A stretch of DNA of 64,000 bases from Eubacterium sp. (GCA_017477505.1 JAFUVQ010000015.1:86192-150191); one strand, 5' to 3'. Counted from the first letter of the stretch, positions 38,093 to 46,281 are shown. The notes: generated by a model not told the origin, from the letters alone. Numbers and translations are program-made.

Positions 38093-38192
38093 GCGAATGC
38101 ATCAGGCATTCGTGTGCCGGTGCGTGCCCTGCTCCGAAGGAGCAGTCCTGCGAAGCAGGATTCACGAACGGCCAACCGAAGCCGTTCGTGAA
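38093..38192 (+). other. GC-rich array of four consecutive stem-loops, with no U-tract
   Basis: H1 is CGAATGC-ATCAG-GCATTCG (38094-38112). H2 is CTGCTCC-GAA-GGAGCAG (38129-38145). H3 is TCCTGC-GAA-GCAGGA (38146-38160). H4 is TTCACGAACGGC-CAACCGAA-GCCGTTCGTGAA (38161-38192, 12-bp perfect stem). Confidence 0.8.
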
Positions 38193-38220
38193 GGCTTAGG
38201 TAATATATAAAGGAAGTGAA

Positions 38221-39168
38221 ATGAAGAAATTAAGTACAAAGACCAAGGTCATAATAGCAGTAACTGTCATACTGAATCTTCTGATGTTCCCGGTTGTTGC
38301 AACATGCATTATTTACGGTATTCTTCTGACCAGGTCTGACAAGAAGAAGTGGAACCGTACATGCAGCATGCCTGAGGATGAAGAATATAAGCGCATGCAT
38401 GATATCGGCATGGACTGGGAGAAGAAACATAGAGGCGTGAAGACTCCTGTGATGGTGAGAAGCGGGATGTACAGGCTTTTCGGTGAGTATTTTGATTTCG
38501 GAAATGATAAAGCAGTCATTATAATCGCCGGACGTATGGAGGCATGCATCTACTCCTATTTCTTTGCGGAACCATACAGAAGAGCAGGTTATAATGTCCT
38601 CGTTATAGATAACAGGGCACATGGCCTTTCAGACGGACATATTGTTTCCCTGGGATATAAAGAATATAAAGATATAATAGCCTGGAGCAGGATGCTGCAT
38701 AAAAAATTCGGTGTAAAGGAAGTTGTTCTTCACGGTATCTGTATCGGAGCATCAACGGCACTCTTTACACTTGTTTCTCCAAAATGTCCGTCATATGTAA
38801 AAGCCATGGTGGCAGAGGGCATGTATATCAATTTCTATGAATCCTTCAAGAATCATATGATAGAGAAGAAAAAGCCGCTGTTTCCGATATGCCAGATAAT
38901 GGCAGCGCTCATCTTCGTGATGTCGGGTGCGGATATAGTTAATGACGGACCGCTTAAGCGTATGCCGCTTCTCAGGAAACCTATACTATTCCTTCACAGT
39001 AAAGAAGATATATATTCGGTTCCTGAATTTGTGCCCGATCTCTATGACAGCTGCAAGGCACCAAAGAAGCTGGTATGGTTTGACAGCGGAGCTCATTCGA
39101 GAATCAGAATCAATCATATGGATAAGTATGATGATACTATCATTGAATTCCTGAATGAATTAAAATAA
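38221..39168 (+). CDS. Membrane-anchored alpha/beta hydrolase with Cys at the nucleophile elbow
   Basis: N-terminal TM VIIAVTVILNLLMFPVVATCIIYGILL. NRAHGLSDG is present. The elbow reads HGICIGAST (TGT 38740-38742), where the paralogue 33161-34078 has GISMG. The C-terminus has SGAHS. Confidence 0.75.
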   Translation: MKKLSTKTKVIIAVTVILNLLMFPVVATCIIYGILLTRSDKKKWNRTCSMPEDEEYKRMHDIGMDWEKKHRGVKTPVMVRSGMYRLFGEYFDFGNDKAVIIIAGRMEACIYSYFFAEPYRRAGYNVLVIDNRAHGLSDGHIVSLGYKEYKDIIAWSRMLHKKFGVKEVVLHGICIGASTALFTLVSPKCPSYVKAMVAEGMYINFYESFKNHMIEKKKPLFPICQIMAALIFVMSGADIVNDGPLKRMPLLRKPILFLHSKEDIYSVPEFVPDLYDSCKAPKKLVWFDSGAHSRIRINHMDKYDDTIIEFLNELK

Positions 39169-39191
39169 AAAGATTACAAGGGGGTACAGAG

Positions 39192-39866
39192 ATGAAGATA
39201 GGTATTATTATAGCAATTGAAAGAGAATTGAAGTCATTTCTTGAGAGCGGCCATGATATTACAGAGGAGTTCGTGGCTGGTAAGACTGTATATCGTACGG
39301 AAATGTATGGTCATGATGTCTATGCGGTACGATCCGGTTATGGGGAGATAGATGCTGCGGCATCTACTCAGCTTCTTATACTTCACACGGGATGCGATAT
39401 TGTTATCAATTTCGGTGTGGCAGGAGCGATAGTACCCGGACTTAAGGTTGATGACCTCTTCCTCGTAGAAAAGGTATGTCACTATGATTATGATGTATCT
39501 CCGATAGACCCCGTAAAGAAGCATCAGTATGAAGAATATCCGGATGAATTCATACGGCTTGATGCAGGACTTCAGAATATGGTTATCGAGAAGATGCCTT
39601 CTGTACGTACTGTTACAGTGGCCAGCGGAGACCGTTTCGTAGAGCTTGTTGAGGATAAGCAGCAGCTGGCTTCTCTTGGCTGTCAGATCTGTGATATGGA
39701 GATAGCAGCTATTGCACGAATAAGCCTGCAGAACAAAGTCAAGTGTCTTTCCATCAAATGTATAAGTGATACTTACGAGGGTGATGGTGGAGATTTCAAT
39801 ACAAATGTAATAAAGAGCGCTGTAAAGGCGTTCGCAATGCTGAGGGAAGTTCTGCAGCTTCTGTAG
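39192..39866 (+). CDS. MTA/SAH nucleosidase family (PNP_UDP_1) protein
   Basis: It is collinear with Pfs/MtnN motifs: MKIGIIIAIERE, SGYGEIDAA, VINFGVAGA, ASGDRF, CDMEIAAIA and KCISD. Confidence 0.7.
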   Translation: MKIGIIIAIERELKSFLESGHDITEEFVAGKTVYRTEMYGHDVYAVRSGYGEIDAAASTQLLILHTGCDIVINFGVAGAIVPGLKVDDLFLVEKVCHYDYDVSPIDPVKKHQYEEYPDEFIRLDAGLQNMVIEKMPSVRTVTVASGDRFVELVEDKQQLASLGCQICDMEIAAIARISLQNKVKCLSIKCISDTYEGDGGDFNTNVIKSAVKAFAMLREVLQLL

Positions 39867-39887
39867 TAGAACCCGTAATAGTAGATA

Positions 39888-39920
39888 AGCCGCTCCCGAT
39901 TGTCATGGGGCGGCTTTTTT
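39888..39920 (+). terminator. Rho-independent terminator
   Basis: AGCCGCTCC ... GGGGCGGCT stem followed by T6. This is the first canonical terminator downstream of ftsH. Confidence 0.8.
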
Positions 39921-39932
39921 AGGAGGAATCAT

Positions 39933-41873
39933 ATGCCACCCGGAGGAGGAAGAATGGGTGGTCCCGGCGGCCACTACATGACGGAAGAAGAAAAGGCGGC
40001 GCAGCCAAAGGTGACGCCTGAACTCGTAAAAAGAGTATTCTCATACCTAAAGGTATATTGGAAGCAATTTATATTGGTGCTTCTTGCTATATCCCTTTCA
40101 TCGGTTCTGAACCTTATGCCGTCCATACTTACAGGACGGATAATAGATGATGGACTTATAGGACGGAATCTCCGTCTTCTTATCATTTATATACTGCTTT
40201 CACTTGGTGTGACTCTGGCAGCAAATCTTATAGGTGTGCTGGAAAGCTATATCAATACCTGGATAGCGCAGCACATTACATTTGATATGCGAAACCAGAT
40301 GTTCCGCCATCTTGAAAGCATGTCCCAGCGTTTTTTTACCACCAATAACCAGGGTGATATCATAACGCGTATGACCAGCGATATAGATGGTGTGGAGTCG
40401 GTAATAACAAATACATTTAAAAGCATTCTGTCCAATTCTATCACGCTGATCTTTGCGCTTGTAGCTATGTTCAGGATGAACTGGATCCTGGCTCTGCTCG
40501 GGATTGCAGTAATCCCGCTGTTTGTTTTTCCGACCAGAAGGGCGGGCAAGACACGCTGGACTCTTACCAGGGAAGCTCAGGAAGCCAATGATGAGGTGAA
40601 TGGAATCTTAAATGAAACTCTTTCCGTAAGCGGTCAGCTTCTGGTTAAGCTCTTTGGACGTGAGGAGAGAGAATATGCGAGATATAAAGCTGTAAATGAG
40701 AAGATGATCCGCCTTAACATCAAGGAAAGAATGGCGGGCAGATGGTTTTTCGTAGTACTGAATACTGTAACGAATATAGGGCCTATGCTTCTCTATCTGG
40801 TCGGCGGCGTGCTCATCATGAAGTTTGACAGCAGCCTGAGTGTGGGAGATATTACAGTAATGGTGGCGCTTCTCGGCAAGACCTATATGCCGGTTAACGG
40901 ACTTCTGAATATTCAGGTTGACTGGATGAGAGCCATGGCCATGTTCTCAAGAGTATTCGCATACTTCGACATGCCTGTGGAAATACAGAATGCTCCGGAT
41001 GCAGTAAAGCTTCAGAATGCAGGCGGAGAAGTGGAGTTCAGCCACGTTGCATTTTCATATGATCCTGAAAGACCTATACTGAAGGATGTGAATTTCAAGC
41101 TCCAAAGCGGGAAGAGTATAGCTATCGTAGGACCGTCGGGGTCAGGTAAGAGTACTATAGTGAACCTCATTCCGAGGCTTTATGATGTGGATGAGGGTAC
41201 AGTTACATTTGACGGTACAGATGTAAGAAAGATTGATCTGGGAAGCCTTAGGGAGAATATAGGAGTGGTTTCTCAGGAGACTTATCTGTTCAATGGTTCG
41301 ATTCGTGACAATCTGCTCTATGCGGCACCCGATGCCACAGAAGAGGAGCTTATAAAGGCTTGTGAAAAAGCTAATATTTATGAGTTCATAGAAAAGCAGG
41401 AAAAGGGATTGGATACCATGGTCGGCAACCGTGGACTCAAGCTTTCCGGCGGTGAGAAACAGAGGATATCCATAGCCAGAGTTCTCCTGAAGAATCCATC
41501 GCTTCTCATTTTTGATGAGGCAACCAGTGCTCTGGATTCTATATCTGAGAGCAAGATTCAGGAGGCTATAGAACCTATAATCAAAGAGAGAACCAGTATC
41601 CTTATCGCACACAGATTATCAACTATTCTCTGTGCAGATGAAATCCTTGTAGTGAAGGACGGCGAGATTGTGGAACGCGGCAGCCACAAGGAGCTGATCA
41701 AACAGGATGGCGTATATGCAGAGCTCTATAAGACACAGTTTGCCCGTGCAGATGCGGAGGAAGAGGAACGGAGGGCTGAGAGGCTTAAAAGACGTGAAGA
41801 ACGCCGCACCAAACGTGGCTTTATGGAGAACGGATACACGGAAGGAGAGACTCCGGTTCCGATTGATTCCTGA
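39933..41873 (+). CDS. ABC exporter, fused permease/ATPase (MsbA/LmrA-like)
   Basis: ATG 39933 lies 6 nt after AGGAGGA. Six TM segments, Walker A GPSGSGKST, signature LSGGEKQR, Walker B LLIFDEATSALD. It has a Gly/Pro-rich N-terminus and an Arg/Glu-rich C-terminal tail. Confidence 0.9.
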   Translation: MPPGGGRMGGPGGHYMTEEEKAAQPKVTPELVKRVFSYLKVYWKQFILVLLAISLSSVLNLMPSILTGRIIDDGLIGRNLRLLIIYILLSLGVTLAANLIGVLESYINTWIAQHITFDMRNQMFRHLESMSQRFFTTNNQGDIITRMTSDIDGVESVITNTFKSILSNSITLIFALVAMFRMNWILALLGIAVIPLFVFPTRRAGKTRWTLTREAQEANDEVNGILNETLSVSGQLLVKLFGREEREYARYKAVNEKMIRLNIKERMAGRWFFVVLNTVTNIGPMLLYLVGGVLIMKFDSSLSVGDITVMVALLGKTYMPVNGLLNIQVDWMRAMAMFSRVFAYFDMPVEIQNAPDAVKLQNAGGEVEFSHVAFSYDPERPILKDVNFKLQSGKSIAIVGPSGSGKSTIVNLIPRLYDVDEGTVTFDGTDVRKIDLGSLRENIGVVSQETYLFNGSIRDNLLYAAPDATEEELIKACEKANIYEFIEKQEKGLDTMVGNRGLKLSGGEKQRISIARVLLKNPSLLIFDEATSALDSISESKIQEAIEPIIKERTSILIAHRLSTILCADEILVVKDGEIVERGSHKELIKQDGVYAELYKTQFARADAEEEERRAERLKRREERRTKRGFMENGYTEGETPVPIDS

Positions 41874-42020
41874 TATTGGTAAACTTTTAAGAAAACCAAT
41901 AGTATTTCATGGTTATTTTGGTAATTATAGCTCTTGTAAATAATCTGTTGATAGTGTATCTTATTGCCAACAAATCAAGTAGTTACACATTATTCATCTA
42001 TATTTATGGAGGATACTTAA

Positions 42021-42809
42021 ATGATTAACAAGAAATTAGGCGTGATTCTTACTGTAGCACTTTGTGCAGCTGCCATGACAGGTTGTGGTAAGGAAACTAC
42101 AACAACTGAAGCTCCCAAGAATGCTACAACAGAAGCTGTAACAGAGGTAACAACAGAGGAAGCAAAGAAGGAAGAGACTACAACAGAAGCTACAACAGAG
42201 AAGAAGGAAGAGAAGACTACAGAAAAGAAGGAAGAGAAGACCACAGAAAAGAAGGAAGAAAAGACAACTGAAAAGAAAACCGAGGCAACAACTGAGGCCA
42301 CAGCTGCTTCACCTGTAAAGAATCAGGTTTACAGACTTGTCGGCGATAATGAAACAATCGGATGCTACTATTTCTATTCAGATACAGATGGTGAGTATAT
42401 CGATGCAGTCTATACAAAGGCCGACAGCAAGTTCACATATAAGGTAAGTGATAAAGAAATCAAGATGACTTTCGCTGATGGAAAAGAAGTAAAGGTTACA
42501 TTTGATTCAGCTAATAAGAGCTTTACCATGGAGACAGGTAATACTGCAAAAGCTATTGATGGGGCTGCTGCAGATAAGTATGTATTCTACAACGCTCAGA
42601 TGATAGCAGAAAAAGCAATCAATCATTATTCAGAGACATCCGGTGTAAATACAACAATTGATAAAGCATATATGGATAAAAACGGACTTGTTACAGTTAC
42701 ACTCATTGACAGCTCAAATAAAGTAGTTGCACAATATGCTATAGATGCAGTTGATGTAACAGGTAGAGAAATGATGAGTGATGTACAGGTAGATCTTAAG
42801 AGCTACTAA
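42021..42809 (+). CDS. Lipoprotein with a Thr/Glu/Lys-rich repeat linker and an unknown C-terminal domain
   Basis: The signal and lipobox read MINKKLGVILTVALCAAAMTGC. An RBS (GGAGGA) is present. Confidence 0.75.
   Translation: MINKKLGVILTVALCAAAMTGCGKETTTTEAPKNATTEAVTEVTTEEAKKEETTTEATTEKKEEKTTEKKEEKTTEKKEEKTTEKKTEATTEATAASPVKNQVYRLVGDNETIGCYYFYSDTDGEYIDAVYTKADSKFTYKVSDKEIKMTFADGKEVKVTFDSANKSFTMETGNTAKAIDGAAADKYVFYNAQMIAEKAINHYSETSGVNTTIDKAYMDKNGLVTVTLIDSSNKVVAQYAIDAVDVTGREMMSDVQVDLKSY
42198..42281 (+). repeat. In-frame 24-bp tandem repeat, about 3.5 copies (EKKEEKTT)
   Basis: The units are GAGAAGAAGGAAGAGAAGACTACA, GAAAAGAAGGAAGAGAAGACCACA, GAAAAGAAGGAAGAAAAGACAACT, and a partial copy. Confidence 0.9.
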
Positions 42810-42832
42810 AGAATAAGATATAGTTTGGTAAC

Positions 42833-42867
42833 AAAAAAACCGTGGTCATGATGATCACGGTTTTTTT
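42833..42867. terminator. Bidirectional intrinsic terminator (lipoprotein gene on +, tRNA-Arg on -)
   Basis: A7-CCGTGGTC..GATCACGG-T7; the hairpin is flanked by an A-run and a T-run. Confidence 0.8.
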
Positions 42868-42868
42868 A

Positions 42869-42942
42869 TGCGTCCTAGAGGATTCGAACCCCCGACCTTC
42901 TGGTCCGTAGCCAGACGCTCTATCCAGCTGAGCTAAGAACGC
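42869..42942 (-). tRNA. tRNA-Arg (anticodon ACG)
   Basis: The reverse complement folds as GCGTTCT/TA/GCTC-AGCTGGATA-GAGC/G/TCTGG-CTACGGA-CCAGA/AGGTC/GGGGG-TTCGAAT-CCTCT/AGGACGC/A. It is 74 nt and CCA is not encoded. Confidence 0.9.
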
Positions 42943-43098
42943 GTATATACTGTCTCAAACAGCATGACATATTATATAACTGTAAGAAGTATACGTCAAG
43001 CAAAATTTTTAATACATATTTTTGCATTGTTTTGTATTATATTCTTACTAATTCGGATAGATTTGTGTTATAATTCCTATTAACCATGGGTAGTTATA

Positions 43099-45063
43099 AT
43101 GGGAGGAATTAAGTTGAGGCTTATTAGGAAGTTAAGGGATAATTATTCATCAAATCTATATGCAGTAATGCTGACACTTTTTCTTTTTGGCTTTATGCTG
43201 CTGGGAGCTGTTGTAGGAAGTGTAGGCTATTTCGCTTTTATAACATCTTATACCAAAGAATACAAGGAGTCGGTTTATAAGTCAGCACAGGTAGCGGCAA
43301 CCTACGTCACCAATATGAAACATTGTGAGAGATGGAATGCTGTCGGACCGACTGTAATGAGTAAAATGTATGACAACTATTTTCTTAGGATGGATGAGTA
43401 TTATGATAGCTTAGATTATATGTCTCGTTCTGATGAAGAGATTTACAGAGATGGATTTAAATTTATAGGTATAACAGATGAGGATCTTTCTACAGTTGAT
43501 AAGGATACACTTATCGAACTGAACAAAGAAAATTTTGATTATGAAGATTTAGAAAAAATGGATGTTAAACCTGGAGATGATAATTATTATTCAGTGATGG
43601 GCAGTCTGATATTTCCGAGTGTATATGACTATTGCGATATGAAGGCTAATCTTCTTCAACTGGTTGAAAGTCAGGGATTATCCAATGCTTATATTATAAT
43701 CCCGGATGATGATTATAAGAATTTTACCATAGTTCTTGACTGCACTAATGAGAACAGCGGATATACTGAATGGGAATTAGGATCAAAGCATGAATCAACT
43801 GAATACTATATAGAACCGATGAGAAATATCATGGAGAAGGGGTCTCAGAAAGAAATCGTGCAGGTGGATGAAAATGCAGTGAATGATGCACCTCACGTTA
43901 CTGCCATGATTCCGGTTTATAATATAGAAATCGATGATAAGTCTGAAACAGAAGTAAAAGAAGTAGCAGGAATTCTCTGCGTTCAGAGATATATGAGTGA
44001 ACTGTATCAGGCAAAGACATGGTTTATTCAGGGCGTTTCGGCCATTACAGTTATATTTCTTATAATAATTACAGTTATAGTAATTCTTATTTTAAAAAAG
44101 AATGTCATAGTTCCACTTGGGGCAGTTGTTGAAGAGGCTGAAAGATTTGCACATGAGACTACCGAAATGGCAGGAGATAAGCTGCAGGATAATGTAGGAA
44201 ATATAAAGGAGATAAAAGCACTTGCCGAATCTATCGATAAGATGGAAGTGGATACTATCAAGCATATTGATGAAATAACTGAGATGACTAAGAATCAGGA
44301 GAGAATAGGTTATGAGATTTCTCTTGCATCTGAGATCCAGCAGGGTATGCTTCCATCTAAAGAGCAGGATCTGACTGAGGATTCGAGATATGACGTTGAT
44401 GCCCTGATGCATCCGGCTAAGAATGTCGGCGGAGATTTCTTTGATTTCTTCTTAATAGATAATGATCATCTGGCTATATTGGTTGCGGATGTTTCGGATA
44501 AAGGAGTTGCGGCAGCACTCTTTATGGCAACAACCAAGACTCTGATTCAATCACGTGCAAGGCTTGGCGGAACCGCTTCAGAAATCATAGCCTATGCCGA
44601 TCAGCTTATAGGTGAGAAGAATCCGGCAGGTATGTTCGTAACTGTATGGCTTGGTATCGTTGATCTTAATACCGGCCATGTGAATGCTTGTAATGCCGGA
44701 CATGATTATCCGGCCTTGATGAGGGCTGATTCGGGTTATACGATTGAGAAAGTTGATCATGGTCCGCCTATAGGATTCCTGCCTGATATGAAGTTCATTG
44801 AATATGATTATGATCTTGCACCAGGGGATAGGATATTCCTGTATACCGATGGACTTGCTGAAGCAAAGAGCGATAACGGGGATCGTTTCGGAACAGACAG
44901 AATGCTTGAAATTCTTAATAATAATAAGAATAAGAACAATAATGACATTATAACTATCATGTTATATGAAGTTAATAAATTCTCAGGCAAAGAACCACAG
45001 TTTGATGATATCACCATGATGAGCTTTACTTATTTTGGCAATCATAAAGGTGATAGCAAGTAA
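43099..45063 (+). CDS. Membrane PP2C/SpoIIE-family phosphatase with a ~270-aa extracytoplasmic sensor region (paralogue of 13939-15369)
   Basis: TM1 is AVMLTLFLFGFMLLGAVVGSVGYFAFI and TM2 is VSAITVIFLIIITVIVILIL. The catalytic part has LASEIQQGMLP, HPAKNVGGDFFDFF, LAILVADVSDKGVAAALFM, IFLYTDGLAEA and QFDDITMMSF. The start is ATG 43099, or TTG 43114 lying 7 nt after GGGAGG. Confidence 0.85.
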   Translation: MGGIKLRLIRKLRDNYSSNLYAVMLTLFLFGFMLLGAVVGSVGYFAFITSYTKEYKESVYKSAQVAATYVTNMKHCERWNAVGPTVMSKMYDNYFLRMDEYYDSLDYMSRSDEEIYRDGFKFIGITDEDLSTVDKDTLIELNKENFDYEDLEKMDVKPGDDNYYSVMGSLIFPSVYDYCDMKANLLQLVESQGLSNAYIIIPDDDYKNFTIVLDCTNENSGYTEWELGSKHESTEYYIEPMRNIMEKGSQKEIVQVDENAVNDAPHVTAMIPVYNIEIDDKSETEVKEVAGILCVQRYMSELYQAKTWFIQGVSAITVIFLIIITVIVILILKKNVIVPLGAVVEEAERFAHETTEMAGDKLQDNVGNIKEIKALAESIDKMEVDTIKHIDEITEMTKNQERIGYEISLASEIQQGMLPSKEQDLTEDSRYDVDALMHPAKNVGGDFFDFFLIDNDHLAILVADVSDKGVAAALFMATTKTLIQSRARLGGTASEIIAYADQLIGEKNPAGMFVTVWLGIVDLNTGHVNACNAGHDYPALMRADSGYTIEKVDHGPPIGFLPDMKFIEYDYDLAPGDRIFLYTDGLAEAKSDNGDRFGTDRMLEILNNNKNKNNNDIITIMLYEVNKFSGKEPQFDDITMMSFTYFGNHKGDSK

Positions 45064-45101
45064 CACAATTTGTTTTATTTTTAAAGTGAGGAGAAGGGAA
45101 A

Positions 45102-46037
45102 ATGAAGAAAAGACTTGTTACCAGGAGTGATTTTGATGGCCTTGTATGTGCAATGCTTCTTAAGGAACTTGACCTTATCGGGGATATAAAGTTTGTACAT
45201 CCAAAGGATGTACAGGATGGTAAGATCGAGCTTACTGAGAATGATATTACTACCAATCTTCCGTTTGATAAAAGAGTAGGACTTGCTTTCGATCATCATG
45301 AGAGTGAGCTTCTCAGGAATAAGGAAGAGGATTACAGAGGAAAGTATATTATTGATGGAGATGCAAGGTCAGCTGCCAGAGTAGTATATGATTATTATGG
45401 CGGAGCTGAGAGATTCAAAAGAGTTTCTGAGGAGATCATGATAGCTGTTGATAAGGGTGACAGCGCTGATTTTACAGAAGAGGAAATCCTAAATCCGACA
45501 GGTTGGGTATTGATGAATTTTCTGATGGATGCCCGTACAGGTCTTGGACGTTTTCATGATTTCAGAATTTCAAATTATGATCTCATGATGGAACTTATCG
45601 ACTTCTGTGTTGATCATACAGTGGAAGAGGTTCTTGAGCTTCCGGATGTTAAGGAAAGAGTTGATCTCTATTTCAAGCAGCAGGAACTCTTTAAAGAACA
45701 GCTTAGGAAGGTTACTACTATTCATGATAAGGTTGCAGTTATCGACCTTAGAAATGAAGAGACTATCTATACCGGAAACCGTTTCATGGTTTATGCGATG
45801 TGGCCTGAGATAGAGCTGTCAGTACACATTGCCTGGGGCTTTAAAAAGCAGAATACAGCGGTTATGATCGGAAAGTCGATCATCAACAAAGTAAGTGATT
45901 TCAATATCGGTGAGCTCTGCCTAAGCTATGGCGGCGGCGGTCATGCAAATGCAGGTACCTGTCAGCTTGATAATGATAAGATCGATGCTGAGCTCCCGAA
46001 TATTATAGCTAAGCTGAATGGAAAGATGCCAGTATGA
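45102..46037 (+). CDS. DHH/DHHA1-family phosphoesterase (NrnB / exopolyphosphatase-related type)
   Basis: TRSDFDG is a DxD motif, AFDHHES is the DHH motif, and YGGGGHANAG is the DHHA1 GGGH motif. An RBS (GAGGAGAAGGG) is present. Confidence 0.7.
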   Translation: MKKRLVTRSDFDGLVCAMLLKELDLIGDIKFVHPKDVQDGKIELTENDITTNLPFDKRVGLAFDHHESELLRNKEEDYRGKYIIDGDARSAARVVYDYYGGAERFKRVSEEIMIAVDKGDSADFTEEEILNPTGWVLMNFLMDARTGLGRFHDFRISNYDLMMELIDFCVDHTVEEVLELPDVKERVDLYFKQQELFKEQLRKVTTIHDKVAVIDLRNEETIYTGNRFMVYAMWPEIELSVHIAWGFKKQNTAVMIGKSIINKVSDFNIGELCLSYGGGGHANAGTCQLDNDKIDAELPNIIAKLNGKMPV

Positions 46038-46252
46038 TTTTCGGAAAAAAGATAAAAGATATTCCTTATGATAAGGCACGGGAAATACCGGCACTTAAGA
46101 CAAGTATATGTACGGGCGAGAGGGTAGCAGGCTTTGTAGATTCATCTACCGGCAGATTTCGTGATTATATGCTTATACGTGACGAAAAGGAATTAGCTGC
46201 ATTTTGTAAGGGCTGCTCGGTCTCTTCCGACCAGCTTAAGAAGATAGTATGA
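46034..46252 (+). CDS. Small (72 aa) hypothetical protein, translationally coupled to the DHH gene
   Basis: ATGA start/stop overlap with the upstream gene. The composition looks coding and a terminator follows. I recognise no family. Confidence 0.5.
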   Translation: MIFGKKIKDIPYDKAREIPALKTSICTGERVAGFVDSSTGRFRDYMLIRDEKELAAFCKGCSVSSDQLKKIV

Positions 46253-46281
46253 CACTGTTGATTTATTTTTTTAATACCATT

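Noticed and set aside
37468-38175. 235-aa minus-strand ORF over the 3' end of the Dak2 gene and the hairpin array
   Set aside because: It is antisense to a conserved CDS. Its N-terminal part is merely the translation of the GC-rich hairpins. No motif or RBS is present.
39900-39932. TTG start (ORF-track start) for the MsbA-like exporter
   Set aside because: This stretch is occupied by the terminator hairpin and U-tract of the upstream operon. ATG 39933 has a perfect AGGAGGA at optimal spacing.
42017-42301. 94-aa minus-strand ORF rich in VVFSSFFS repeats (likewise 12915-13277 and 12571-12952)
   Set aside because: These are mirror translations of the sense-strand Thr/Glu or Gln/Gly tandem repeats and are not independent genes.
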